A stretch of DNA of 58,230 nt from a virus (Duplodnaviria; Caudoviricetes). This document shows positions 49,422 through 58,230 of the stretch, piece after piece. A program made the position numbers and the translations under genes. The stretch lies in the IMG/VR virus record IMGVR_UViG_3300009034_000044, positions 1 to 58,230 of that record. One strand, 5' to 3'. Within the stretch, counting starts at the first letter, position 1; each line of letters starts with the position of its first letter. The notes beneath the pieces are model-generated. The model was not told the origin of the DNA. It saw only the letters and a list, made by a program, of their open reading frames with translations, and ran no database searches.

Positions 49422-50261
49422 CTAATCCTCTCTCCCAAAATCATCTTCATCTGATGTTAATTCATCAAGATGTTGTAAGTCAATTTTTTCTACTAAATAG
49501 TTTCCCTTCTTAAATAAGGTAATCTTTTTATTCATCACTCCCCTCCCTCTGTTAGCAGTTATTTTTAAGATAGCTTCATTCTCTTTATTTTTAGAACGCC
49601 AGATATAAAATACATTATCAGCTTCCTGTTCAATAAAAGAACTATCTCTAACATCTCCTGTATCTAATTCTTGGTCTGGTTTTATCTTATGAGTATGAGC
49701 CACAATAAAAATAGTAATCTCTAAATCTACTGCCCACCGTTTTAATGTCCTCATAACTCTACCAATCTCCAGTGATGGATGAGTTTTTATCATAATATCA
49801 GCAAGAAAATGAAGATGGTCTATGAAGATAACTTTAATATTAAACTTAGCCTTAGCTTCCTTTATTCTATCGTATATCCAATCAAGATTTTTATCTTTTA
49901 ATATTTTTGGCATATAAAAATGGGGTAAGTCTTCTCCAAACTGAAAAAGAAACTGCATAACAGGTACTTCATAAGTAAACCAAAGACATGGAACTTGAGA
50001 TTCGGAAAAATGACATGTTAGTGTTTGGCAAAAAAGAGTTTTCCCATGCTTGGTAATTCCAGATACAACACATACTTCACCACCTAAAAAACCTCCTATT
50101 AATTCATTTAATGTAGGAAATTTTGTTTTATGATAAACAAGATTTTTATATTTCTCCTTTAATTCTTCCTTTAATTGATGTGAAGAAACAACCTCATCCA
50201 GACCTGAATATATACTTAAGTCTTGGGAAGCATTAAATGGGTCATTGTATAAATCTTCCAT
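49422..50261 (-). CDS. DnaB-like replicative helicase (C-terminal ATPase domain)
   Basis: SGITKHGKT Walker A, FTYE, IFIDHLH, RDSSFIEQEADNV, KITANR. Confidence 0.85.
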   Translation of the reverse strand: MEDLYNDPFNASQDLSIYSGLDEVVSSHQLKEELKEKYKNLVYHKTKFPTLNELIGGFLGGEVCVVSGITKHGKTLFCQTLTCHFSESQVPCLWFTYEVPVMQFLFQFGEDLPHFYMPKILKDKNLDWIYDRIKEAKAKFNIKVIFIDHLHFLADIMIKTHPSLEIGRVMRTLKRWAVDLEITIFIVAHTHKIKPDQELDTGDVRDSSFIEQEADNVFYIWRSKNKENEAILKITANRGRGVMNKKITLFKKGNYLVEKIDLQHLDELTSDEDDFGRED

Positions 50262-50263
50262 AT

Positions 50264-50716
50264 CTATTCCTCTTTAAACCCTTGCTTTAATATTTGTTTT
50301 TTTATTTTTAACCAAAATTTTTTATTTTGTGGATACAATTCCTCAGCTATATCTTTAGCTAAAAACTCATGCTTGTTGCTATAATACGCCACATCACTTG
50401 CTTTACAATCTACATAAGCTATGCTCCATTTACCATTTTTTAAAAAATCTATATAATGAACAATTTCATGGGCTAAGAGATGCTTTAGCCATATTAAATT
50501 CTTTATTACTGGCTTTCTAATATATATTATTGGAGCAATGAGATTCCATTGAAACAGCCCATCAAAACCATCTAAATCAGTTTTTGTCAATTTTATCCTT
50601 ATTGTTTTAGGTTTTTTGAATTGTAATCTTTTACATACATTATCTACAATGCTATTAATTTCTTTATTGCTTACTGGAAAGATTTTTGGTTTTTTTATTC
50701 TCATGTTTCTCTCCAA
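50264..50716 (-). CDS. Zincin HExxH protein
   Basis: LAHEIVHY.D...Y.NKHEFLA. Confidence 0.6.
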   Translation of the reverse strand: MERNMRIKKPKIFPVSNKEINSIVDNVCKRLQFKKPKTIRIKLTKTDLDGFDGLFQWNLIAPIIYIRKPVIKNLIWLKHLLAHEIVHYIDFLKNGKWSIAYVDCKASDVAYYSNKHEFLAKDIAEELYPQNKKFWLKIKKQILKQGFKEE

Positions 50717-51291
50717 TCTCTTATGTAAGTTAAGTTATCATTCCATCTTTTATCCCCTATAAAATTATGAGGAGATGGTACATATTTTCCATTGTTCTTT
50801 TTCCATTCTTCTGAAGTTTTAAATTTCCCTACTTGAGATATAATAAAGTTAGATAATTCTTCATCGGGATTTAATTTCTTCCATTCCCTTGAAGCATTAA
50901 CCAGTTGTATCTTTTTAGGATAAACTTTCCAGAACTCCCAAAATAATTTAGGTGCTATTATTTTCTGAGATTTCTTTTGTTTTAAAATAGTTTCCTCTTT
51001 TGTCTTTTTTGTTTTAGCAAATTTCCATTTTGAGGTATCAGGATTAAGAGTAACAACAGTTATTTTATGTTTACCTTTTCTTTGGCAAACAATAATATTT
51101 CTTTTTTCTAAAACTACCAGAGCTTGCCAAGCACTATTAATATGAATATTGGTTGCATAGGCTATTTCATTTAGAGATAGAAAACTTTCATGGAACATGC
51201 AGTACAAAAGTATTTTCCATTCAACACCAGATAATGATAACTTTGCAAAAGCCTCCATTATATTTTTGGTAATAATTATTTCTTTTTGCAT
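50701..51291 (-). CDS. Replication initiator (lambda O / replisome-organiser-like)
   Basis: N-terminal wHTH (EAFAKLSLSG.EWKIL) and C-terminal FWEFWKVYPKK...WKKNNGKYVPSP..F...RW.D. Confidence 0.75.
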   Translation of the reverse strand: MQKEIIITKNIMEAFAKLSLSGVEWKILLYCMFHESFLSLNEIAYATNIHINSAWQALVVLEKRNIIVCQRKGKHKITVVTLNPDTSKWKFAKTKKTKEETILKQKKSQKIIAPKLFWEFWKVYPKKIQLVNASREWKKLNPDEELSNFIISQVGKFKTSEEWKKNNGKYVPSPHNFIGDKRWNDNLTYIRDWRET

Positions 51292-51456
51292 CGCATATAA
51301 AATGTTCCCTTACCAGAGCAAACAAAACATTTATCTTCTTTATGTCTTTTACTTGTTACATATAATACCTGACACTTAGAACATCTCTTAACTTCTCCAC
51401 CTTCAACCTTAGCTACAAAAGATAACCAATAATATATAGAAGCCTCATATTCATTA

Positions 51457-52143
51457 TTAGGAACGACTTTTGAGGTATTCATGTAGGTATCCACTTGAAT
51501 TAAATATGATTCCATTTAATGCATCTTCTATAGATACTTGAGTCCAGTTTTCTGGAAATACAGCAAGTGGTTTAGTGCGTATATGAGTTACCTCTCCTTT
51601 ATCTGTTTTTTCTCTATAAACATAATACCCTCTATGTAAAGCCCACCAATCTGCAAAATGTCTCCATGCAGATTTCATATATACTTTTTTATCTATTCCT
51701 TTTTGCCAATTATCACTATCCCTGTATGTTCCGTCTGATTGTATTCTATGTTTATGTAAATACTTAGCATAAGAATGTAAGGTCAATGGAGATAAAAATC
51801 CATCATAATCTAATTTGGTCGTGTCTTTATCTCTGGTTGCTCCAGTTGAAAATTTTCTCATACCTATATAATCTCTATCTCCTCCAGTTTGATATTTTCT
51901 TGTATCGGAAATAGGAGTATAGTCATATTCCATTTCTAATTCTCTACAGTTAAATGATGTATTTTGACAGTTAGGGCAAAATTTAGGAGCATTATATATA
52001 TCACTAATAATGCCTAATGTGCAGGATGTACATATATACAATGCCTCTCTTATGTTAGACTTACCCTTAGCTACAGAGCTACATTGCCCACATAAATCAC
52101 TTTTTTCTTCACATTGTTTAACTTTACACAATCTACATCTCAT
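51457..52143 (-). CDS. dATP/dGTP diphosphohydrolase domain protein (DUF5664-like) with N-terminal Zn fingers
   Basis: RKFSTGATRD..KLDYDGFLSP...YLHKH...DSDNWQKGI...Y.KSAWRH. Confidence 0.75.
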   Translation of the reverse strand: MRCRLCKVKQCEEKSDLCGQCSSVAKGKSNIREALYICTSCTLGIISDIYNAPKFCPNCQNTSFNCRELEMEYDYTPISDTRKYQTGGDRDYIGMRKFSTGATRDKDTTKLDYDGFLSPLTLHSYAKYLHKHRIQSDGTYRDSDNWQKGIDKKVYMKSAWRHFADWWALHRGYYVYREKTDKGEVTHIRTKPLAVFPENWTQVSIEDALNGIIFNSSGYLHEYLKSRS

Positions 52144-53158
52144 ATTATATGCCTCCCTTTTTTAAGTTTACATAATCTTCCAATGCCTTACCAGTTAAAA
52201 ATCCTTTATCTCCCATCTCAAGGAAAATCTTTACTCTATCAGCAGGAAAAAGAATTACATCTGGTTTCCTCTTATTCCTTGAGAGAATATCCTTCTTTAA
52301 ATTACCACGTTTATCTGTCCAGTAATCATAAAGACAAGGTAAATCTTCCCTACTCTTTCGGGGTTTCGATTTCTTTAATTTTGATTCCTTCATTTGGTTT
52401 ATTCGCTACAAATTGTTCTATGGGTTTTACTGAAATAGCTCCACATTTAATACATTGACTCAACATTCCCCATGCTGGTTCATTGCCTTCTGGCTTTTCT
52501 TCTACGCCTATCAACACAGAAGAAACAGGTCTTGGCACACAAACATGTTTTATTGTCTTTTTAATTTTATACATTTAAATCTCCATTTCACAATGTCCGC
52601 AGACACATTCTTCTATTTCTAAAGCCCATTTCTCTGGTACTTCTTCTGGTTTAAATTTATGTAATTCAATAACATCATCTACGTCACAATCACAAGTTCT
52701 TACCATTCTTTCCATTAATATAAGTTTACCTGTAACGACTTTTCTTATGTAGTATAATTTAGTATGATTGTCTTCTAAGTTTGTCCAATCTATTTCATAA
52801 TCATCATTTGCTCCTCTACCTCTTACATTACCAAGAATATATACTCTATATGGTATCTCGAAAGTTCGCAAGGTATCAAGAATACTATTCAATTCTGATA
52901 TTCTCGTACATTTATCCCATGACATCTTATTCTTCTCCTATGGTCTTTTTATATTCTTCCATCGAAATATCTTCATTATATAAAAGATTCTCTATTTCAT
53001 CATTAACTTCCTTTTCAATAGATTCATTATTCTCTATAGCCCATAAATAGGGTGAATTGCAACAACCACAAGCACTAACATAAACTTTATGTTTTCTAAT
53101 TAATTCTGCATATTCTTTTAAAAAAGCTATAACCATTTCTTTGTATATAGTTTCCATA

Positions 53159-53413
53159 TTATCCTCCTAATAATTTAATGTTTATAAACATTGAAGTTAC
53201 TGTCCCCATTGCAGCACCTAAAGTATATGCTACTTTATGGAGATAGTTTCCCTTAACAGCTTTATTTACATTAAACATCCAGCAACAAGATATACCTATT
53301 GAAGCAAGAAATGCAGCTACAAAATTTTGTTTAGATATATAAAATATCTGTGAACTAATTAATCCTATCTGGATAAATGCTATGCAGAAAACTAAAATCA
53401 TTGATTCCACCAT
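53159..53413 (-). CDS. Small 3-TM membrane protein
   Basis: Hydrophobic; AYTLGAAMGT. Confidence 0.6.
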   Translation of the reverse strand: MVESMILVFCIAFIQIGLISSQIFYISKQNFVAAFLASIGISCCWMFNVNKAVKGNYLHKVAYTLGAAMGTVTSMFINIKLLGG

Positions 53414-53662
53414 GCATGTGGCATCTCTTTATCTTGTTGAGCTTCCTTTTCTTTATAATAAAAATCTAAAATATAAGCCATTTTTTCTAAATTTTGTTGT
53501 AATCCTTTTATTGCATATACTGAATTAAGAAGTAATTCAGATAGATAATTAAGTGTAGGTAAGGGCAATTCTTTTTTAGCTTTAACTTCTTTTTTAGAGG
53601 GATACTTTTTTTGGAGGATTTTGCTTTGTGTCTTCGGAGATTTCCTTGTCACTTTTTCCTCC

Positions 53663-53881
53663 TTAAATATTATTAAAGACTCCAGCAATTGCAAGTAAAA
53701 TATAGATTAACCATAAAGAACTTTGTGCATATTCTTTAATTCTAAAATTATAATATAACATTAGTGGATTCGACATAACCCATATTATGCTTGCGATTAA
53801 GGGTTCTCCTAATGATACATATGCACATCCTATTAAAGAACCTACTATACCCAAGGAAAGAATTGTTTTCTTTCCCTTCAT
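53663..53881 (-). CDS. Small PnuC/PQ-loop-like membrane protein
   Basis: GIVGSLIG...IWVMSNPL..Y...Y.Q..LW.IY. Confidence 0.5.
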   Translation of the reverse strand: MKGKKTILSLGIVGSLIGCAYVSLGEPLIASIIWVMSNPLMLYYNFRIKEYAQSSLWLIYILLAIAGVFNNI

Positions 53882-54921
53882 TATTCATCTCCATGTTTTA
53901 ATAAATATTTATTAGATACAGCCTTGAAAGAAACTCTACCCACTTTAGGATGATATGATTCTGGTATGGTTCTAAATACCAATCCTTCTCTTAATGTTAG
54001 TGGATTAATTTGAGAATATCCATCTGCCATGTTAAGTAAATCATTAATAGAATGATTTAAATAAAAATAATAGTTTAAAATTGGTACAGTGTAAAATCCA
54101 TAATCAGCACAGAACCTTTCCATACCTAATCCATCTAAATATTTACCAGTATTTATATTAAATACACTAAATATTTTATAGGCATAAGTATCGTTAGCAA
54201 AATTATATTTATTTTTTTGGATACCACTTCCTATAAGTTCTCCATGAATAGCCCAATTACCTTCTGTTTGATTAAGTTTTTTTTCGATATTTTCTCGTCT
54301 TGCTACTTTCCAATATGCATTATCAGGTGTCTCTTTTAAATCTAAATTTCTGGAGCATACACTAAACTCACCATCTTTTATATAGCAAGTCATAGATGTT
54401 CCATTTAGTTTCTCAGAAACATAAAATCTTTTTCCCTTACACCATTCAAGAAGATATTCAAGATTTTGTACACGTTCCTCATCTGTCTTAATAAGAAAAG
54501 ATGGATAGCTTCCCCTAACCAATCCTGATAAATGAGCAGGAATGTATGGCTCATATTTTTTAATTTCCAATAACTCTGTCACATCCATATGAACACAAAA
54601 ATCATATACAGGACTTTCTCTGGTATCGCTTTTATATTTCTTGCCTTCAAGTATTGATATCGGAAACGCTATACCTTGAGATAATTGTTTGCGTAATTTA
54701 ATAGTTTTAATTCTAAAATTTCTTGGTCTTAAAAATTCAAACTCTGGTTTCTCTGGAAGGATAGAATCAATTTCAACATATACACAACAATCTCCTGCTT
54801 TAAAATCACCTTTCCTGACTACTACTTGCCAACCATCTATTAAGGCTAACTCAATATTGTCAGCACCTAATATAGATACTATATCTTTAACAATTCTTAC
54901 GGTTGCTAATTTTCTTTCCAT
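53881..54921 (-). CDS. RNA ligase, Rnl2/DRB0094 family
   Basis: RKLATVR..I.GADNIE...DGWQVVV, EIDS.LP, SQG, KTDEER.QN, motif I EKLNGTS, GELIG.GIQKN.Y, REGLV, SFKAVSNKYL. Confidence 0.92.
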   Translation of the reverse strand: MERKLATVRIVKDIVSILGADNIELALIDGWQVVVRKGDFKAGDCCVYVEIDSILPEKPEFEFLRPRNFRIKTIKLRKQLSQGIAFPISILEGKKYKSDTRESPVYDFCVHMDVTELLEIKKYEPYIPAHLSGLVRGSYPSFLIKTDEERVQNLEYLLEWCKGKRFYVSEKLNGTSMTCYIKDGEFSVCSRNLDLKETPDNAYWKVARRENIEKKLNQTEGNWAIHGELIGSGIQKNKYNFANDTYAYKIFSVFNINTGKYLDGLGMERFCADYGFYTVPILNYYFYLNHSINDLLNMADGYSQINPLTLREGLVFRTIPESYHPKVGRVSFKAVSNKYLLKHGDE

Positions 54922-54930
54922 TTTTATCTC

Positions 54931-56061
54931 CTATCTAAAGTCTATTGGCACAGCAAGAGACGATATAACCCTTTTCTTTGATGAGCCAAATAACCACTGA
55001 CAGGGCTGCGTTGATGTTCCATATAACTTAAAAGCATAATCATCGTGAGGTATCCAGCATCCATTAACCAATAACTCTGCGTTTGGTGAGAGAGCTATTC
55101 TGTCTGAACGATGTCTGTGACCAATAATATAAAGATTATATCCATCTGGTAAATTTATAAGTAACTCTTTGGCTTTACGTTCAGCATAGGAAGTGGTGTA
55201 CCCTTTGATAGTTTCTCCATGAGACATAAATATTTTATGTCCATAGTTATCTACGCTATAAAATCTACTATCAGGGATGTCAACCTTAATATTGCTATTA
55301 CCCTCAAGAGTCATTCCAAGTATTCTATATAAATGATATTCAAAGTTATTCTCCACAGGTTCTTCCTCTCTGGCATTTGTAACGCTTCTACCATGATTTC
55401 CCACTACACATTTAACTCTTGTTTCTGGAAAGTATTTAGATAAAATATTAATCATATCTGCTAACTCTGCTATTGCACTCCAAATTTGCTTTCCCACTGG
55501 CATTGAAATCATATTTTTTTGTCCCTCAAAAATCCTATCATTATCCACAATATCTCCAAGCAAAAAGACATTCAATGCTTCAAAATAATATCCGTTCTTC
55601 CACAGAGTAAGTAATCTCATTACACTTTCCAAATATAGTTTTTGAAAATCTAATCTTATTTCATTATTATATGTAATTATTTTCTGATTGTTTCTGGTAT
55701 CATACCATTCATTTACCTTCCCTATGTGCATATCAGATATAACAAGATTAAGTATTTCCTTTGACTTTTCTTTATTGTAGTTCTGTTTATATAAGGGAAA
55801 CCTTTTTTGAAGATAATCATTGGAAACCAATTCCTTTAATGTGGCTATAAATTCTTCTGTAGAAAGAGAAGGAACTATAGATTTTTTGAACTCAGAAGGG
55901 AGAGCCTTGTCTATAGTTTTATGTTCCTTAAGTCTTCTTATCTTGCCCACAACAGAATCAAGAGTTCTATTTAGAGTTTTTGCCATTTCTTGTGGACTTA
56001 ACTTTCCTAAGTTTTTTTCAAGATATTCAATTTCTTCTTCAATCCAAATATCTTTTACCAT
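54931..56061 (-). CDS. Calcineurin-like metallophosphoesterase with N-terminal HTH
   Basis: SDMHIG, LGDIVD, GNHG, SHG, GHRH. Confidence 0.85.
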   Translation of the reverse strand: MVKDIWIEEEIEYLEKNLGKLSPQEMAKTLNRTLDSVVGKIRRLKEHKTIDKALPSEFKKSIVPSLSTEEFIATLKELVSNDYLQKRFPLYKQNYNKEKSKEILNLVISDMHIGKVNEWYDTRNNQKIITYNNEIRLDFQKLYLESVMRLLTLWKNGYYFEALNVFLLGDIVDNDRIFEGQKNMISMPVGKQIWSAIAELADMINILSKYFPETRVKCVVGNHGRSVTNAREEEPVENNFEYHLYRILGMTLEGNSNIKVDIPDSRFYSVDNYGHKIFMSHGETIKGYTTSYAERKAKELLINLPDGYNLYIIGHRHRSDRIALSPNAELLVNGCWIPHDDYAFKLYGTSTQPCQWLFGSSKKRVISSLAVPIDFR

Positions 56062-56678
56062 TTAAAATCCTCCCATTTAGTTCCTGAATATCTCTGCCAT
56101 ATAAGGGCATCGAGTTCAGCAACAGTTAGATTATATGCTTTAGCTATATTTTTAAATCTTACTTCATAAAAAAGATATTCATATTTGCATGTTGCATATC
56201 GAGTAGTAAAACCTAAAAATTTTAATATATGAGTATCAATAATGGCTAAGTCTTTATCACCTAAATTTCTAAGAAAATGAGATGCAGCCTTATAACCTAA
56301 GCCCTTTACTTCCTTAACTAAATATTCACGTTTATCATATGCAGAACATTCATTGCAAATAACAATATCATATATTATATCGAATTTTCTTTTCATCTCT
56401 ATGAGATATTTGGCTTTTTGATTGTAGAACCTTACTGGTTTAAGTATATCCAAAAAAAATTCCATTTCAAAATTACCAATATCCCTTGCGAGATAATAAA
56501 ATCCGATATCCTGCAACCTGTCTATAACTTTTCTATTATTTTTAAAGGTAGTTTGTGGAGCAGTAATACAGAAACATAAATCATAAAATATTTCTACTTT
56601 GGTTTTAGGTTTACCAAAGTTTTTAAAGGTTGCCTTAAGTCCTTCTCTTTCTTTTCTGGTTATTTTAAGTTCATGCAT
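56055..56678 (-). CDS. ogg: 8-oxoguanine DNA glycosylase/AP lyase (Ogg2-type)
   Basis: LCFCIT, VRFYNQKA.Y, REYLVKEVKGLGYKAASHFLRNLG (catalytic Lys), LAIIDTHIL (Asp), ELDALIW. Confidence 0.85.
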   Translation of the reverse strand: MHELKITRKEREGLKATFKNFGKPKTKVEIFYDLCFCITAPQTTFKNNRKVIDRLQDIGFYYLARDIGNFEMEFFLDILKPVRFYNQKAKYLIEMKRKFDIIYDIVICNECSAYDKREYLVKEVKGLGYKAASHFLRNLGDKDLAIIDTHILKFLGFTTRYATCKYEYLFYEVRFKNIAKAYNLTVAELDALIWQRYSGTKWEDFKW

Positions 56679-57054
56679 CTGTCTTCTTTTAAACCATAGT
56701 ATTCCATTTCATTTTTGGTAAAATTACTTTCAACATAATCTGTACACTTTCCATCTTTTAAATAAGAACACCGCATACAGTGGATGCTACAATAATATAC
56801 TAATGCTCTTGGAACTTTAATCTTATAACTTTTTTCTGTAGATTTATGCATCTACTCTCCCCTCTCCATCTTCGGTTGCGTATATTATATCTCCTATTTT
56901 CTTAAGCGTTTCTGGTAAGGAATTTTTTTGACAGTCAGTACATATAGCAACAAAATATACCTTATACTTATAACCCTGATTAGAGGGGGGTGTAAACGAT
57001 GCTACACTTATTGTTGATGTATTACAAAGTATGCATGGATTAGTCATTGTATGT

Positions 57055-57084
57055 ATTATACCATACTTAGATGGATTTTGTCAA
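57055..57084 (-). promoter_or_regulatory. Sigma70 promoter (near-leaderless gene at 57047)
   Basis: TTGACA-18-TATAAT with TG; ATG 7 nt downstream. Confidence 0.7.
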
Positions 57085-57326
57085 GGGTTTTTTCTTAAAT
57101 TTTCCAGTTTCTTTAAAGTATTCTAAATCATATATTCCGAACATAATACCTATGTTATTGGTATAAAGTCCCTGCAATACCATATCTTTTTCTTCGTCAT
57201 TAAGTTCTACATTAGTAGCTCTTACAACCAGTGGTTTGCCTTTTATATCTATACTAAACCAATCATTACAAAATTGTCTTATTGTTACAGTTTGTCCCTT
57301 AAGTTTTCCTTTTAATATAATTGCCA

Positions 57327-58220
57327 TTATTCTTCTTCTCCTTCCTCCTCAACGTCTTGATTAGCTTGTTTCCATTGTTCATATTCTTCATACATATGAG
57401 GCTTGCACCATTTACTATACTTACATCTTGGTTCATAAACAACCTCATATTCAGCGAACTTAACTTTGTGACCTTTTCCTATTTTGCTATTAATATGCTT
57501 ATGTAAACCCCAATCAGTTTCAAATTCCCTACCTTCACCTTCATTGCAAGTATAGCAGAACGGTTTCACAACCATACTCTTTCTTTCTTTATAGCACATC
57601 CAAGGTTCACATTCGGGAAGGTGTTCTATGTTATGATTACTTAGGGCTAACAATAAATCATCTCTTAGTTTTAACAGTTCAGCTTTAGTTTCTTTTAATT
57701 CTTTATCAGTAAAGGTTACTTCATAACAAAAATAATCAGGTTCAGTATTTCTTCTATTTTTATCCATTAAAATAAGATACCACACAAACAACATCCCCCT
57801 GTTCCTGTTTTTCATGGCACAGTAAGCTCTTAATTGCTTTAGGTAATGTGAATACTTTTCTGCTTCCTGTCCTTCCTTTACTAAAAATCCACGTCTGGTA
57901 GTTTTCATTTCAGTAAGTAAATCTTTTACATTTGGCGTAGAAATATATGAGTCTGGAGTAAACCAAATCTGTTCCCATTCCTCAGCCTGTCCATGTTTCC
58001 AATTAGATATATATAAAAATACAGCTTCATGAGCTTGTCCAGATAACCAATAAATAACTTCTTTTTTAATAGGAGGTAGAGGCTTAATCTTTCTCCAATA
58101 TGCCTGTTTAGGAGAAAGTAAATCTGAGAGATGAATACCTTCTCTTTCTCTCTTACTAAATTCAGTTTGAATAGTTTTTAGGATATATTCTTCGATGGCT
58201 TCATTTCTTTTGATTTCCAT
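57327..58220 (-). CDS. Cas4-like PD-(D/E)xK exonuclease
   Basis: IHLSDL...G.AHE, TPD, EMKT, QLRAY, C-terminal Cys cluster (WMC...CKYSKWC), acidic tail. Confidence 0.7.
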   Translation of the reverse strand: MEIKRNEAIEEYILKTIQTEFSKREREGIHLSDLLSPKQAYWRKIKPLPPIKKEVIYWLSGQAHEAVFLYISNWKHGQAEEWEQIWFTPDSYISTPNVKDLLTEMKTTRRGFLVKEGQEAEKYSHYLKQLRAYCAMKNRNRGMLFVWYLILMDKNRRNTEPDYFCYEVTFTDKELKETKAELLKLRDDLLLALSNHNIEHLPECEPWMCYKERKSMVVKPFCYTCNEGEGREFETDWGLHKHINSKIGKGHKVKFAEYEVVYEPRCKYSKWCKPHMYEEYEQWKQANQDVEEEGEEE

Positions 58221-58230
58221 CTTTTATTCC

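Noticed and set aside
1-58230. Stop-codon reassignment
   Set aside because: Core genes are intact and densely packed under the standard code; no suppressor tRNA.

Overview
The window looks like an essentially complete (probably circularly permuted) AT-rich tailed-phage genome of about 58 kb with a podovirus-like virion module. One long minus-strand block (35.6 kb to 1, apparently continuing across the window ends into 58.2 to 47.3 kb) carries lysis genes, a trypsin-like protease, terminase, an ATP-grasp enzyme, portal, scaffold, an N4-gp56-family major capsid protein, tail and internal proteins, an RNA-gene cluster, and DNA/RNA metabolism genes (Cas4-like nuclease, Ogg-type glycosylase, metallophosphoesterase, RNA ligase, dNTP diphosphohydrolase, initiator, DnaB-like helicase). 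A plus-strand block (36.7-47.4 kb) holds many small early-type genes. The most unusual signals are non-coding: (1) early genes preceded by complete sigma54 enhancer-type promoters (paired palindromic UAS, IHF site, -24/-12 box), with no activator recognisable in the window; (2) an RNA operon containing a 90-nt tmRNA reduced to its tRNA-like domain, a spacer with CsrA/RsmA-like GGA hairpins, and tRNAs with non-canonical identity elements (Tyr C1:G72, His A73, Pro C33/A37); (3) a covarying CGA-A5-UCG leader motif repeated in the head operon next to a YezD-like small protein; (4) a K/R-G-L-P(E-P) peptide shared by several unrelated virion-region proteins. All protein calls come from motif recognition by eye; no database searches were run.
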